Source: Candidatus Heimdallarchaeota archaeon (lineage in GTDB: Archaea; Asgardarchaeota; Heimdallarchaeia; Heimdallarchaeales; Heimdallarchaeaceae). From it: a stretch of 24,000 nt of DNA. Both the position numbers and the translations under genes were made by a program. This document shows positions 23,604 to 24,000 of the stretch, one piece after another (the stretch's first letter is position 1; every line of letters starts with the position of its first letter). Where the stretch lies: contig DAOVER010000010.1 of the NCBI GenBank assembly GCA_030668875.1, positions 1 to 24,000 of the forward strand, in the 5' to 3' direction. Below the pieces are notes generated by a model. The model ran no database searches and was not told where the DNA came from. It was given only the letters and a program-made list of their open reading frames with translations.

Positions 23604-24000
23604 ATGAATACAGCATTATATGTAGGCATAGGGGTGGCAGTTTTTCTAGCGGGAATTTTCTTAATCATCTATTTCTCTTTGAAGAGAAGAAAAAAAGCAA
23701 AGAGTCCTATATTAGAAAGAGCAAACGATACAATTGTTATCGTAACACAACGCATTCATACAATGAATCAAAGAATAAAAAAACTGGATGAAAGTGTTAC
23801 CAAATTAGTGATAGCTAAAGAAAAGAATGATTCATCACTAATTGATGAAACCATCGATATGGAAAATATTCAAACCAAGATTGATCAAAATAAAAAAGAG
23901 ATAGAGGAGCTTATTGCTGATATAAAAGATCTTAGAGATTTTAAGACAGAAATTGAGGATGTCATTAAAATAAAAGAGGAAAATAGCTTGGAAGAACTAG
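23604..24000 (+). CDS. Partial CDS (3' end outside the window): an N-terminal transmembrane helix followed by coiled coil
   Basis: ATG 23604 is open to the window end. It encodes MNTALYVGIGVAVFLAGIFLIIYFSLKRRKKAK, then a heptad-rich sequence. It is absent from the ORF track, presumably because there is no stop in the window. Confidence 0.5.
   Translation, partial: MNTALYVGIGVAVFLAGIFLIIYFSLKRRKKAKSPILERANDTIVIVTQRIHTMNQRIKKLDESVTKLVIAKEKNDSSLIDETIDMENIQTKIDQNKKEIEELIADIKDLRDFKTEIEDVIKIKEENSLEEL

Overview
This is an AT-rich archaeal chromosomal segment, roughly 30% G+C by eye. Genes are tightly packed and GGTGA/GAGG-type Shine-Dalgarno sites precede many starts.

Recognisable genes:
- an HTH-fused riboflavin kinase (RbkR type) translationally coupled to FAD synthase RibL
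- an isochorismatase-family hydrolase
- an intron-containing tRNA-Lys(UUU)
- archaeosine synthase ArcS coupled to its radical-SAM partner RaSEA
- a GAF/PAS histidine kinase
- the Zn-ribbon protein plus aEF-1beta pair
- a geranylgeranyl reductase
- a C5 DNA methyltransferase abutting tRNA-Val(CAC)
- TyrRS
- archaeal DnaG

This gene set says Archaea. The lineage cannot be fixed from sequence alone, although several tentative eukaryote-like domain patterns would fit an Asgard-type genome.

Unusual or accessory content:
- a G+C-rich IS481-family IS exactly at the window edge
- a 125-bp segmental duplication (period 724 bp) that fuses a thermosome 5' fragment in frame to a copy of the 3' end of a V4R-like gene, giving a decaying chimeric pseudogene
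- a four-gene coiled-coil / ArsR-HTH operon of unknown function
- a ~48% G+C, ORF-less, helix-rich island between tyrS and tRNA-Val
- uncharacterised proteins with tentative longin/roadblock-like, V4R/TRAPP-like and C2-like patterns

I saw no CRISPR array, no rRNA and no recognisable defence system. All functional calls come from motif recognition by eye and need HMM or structure confirmation.
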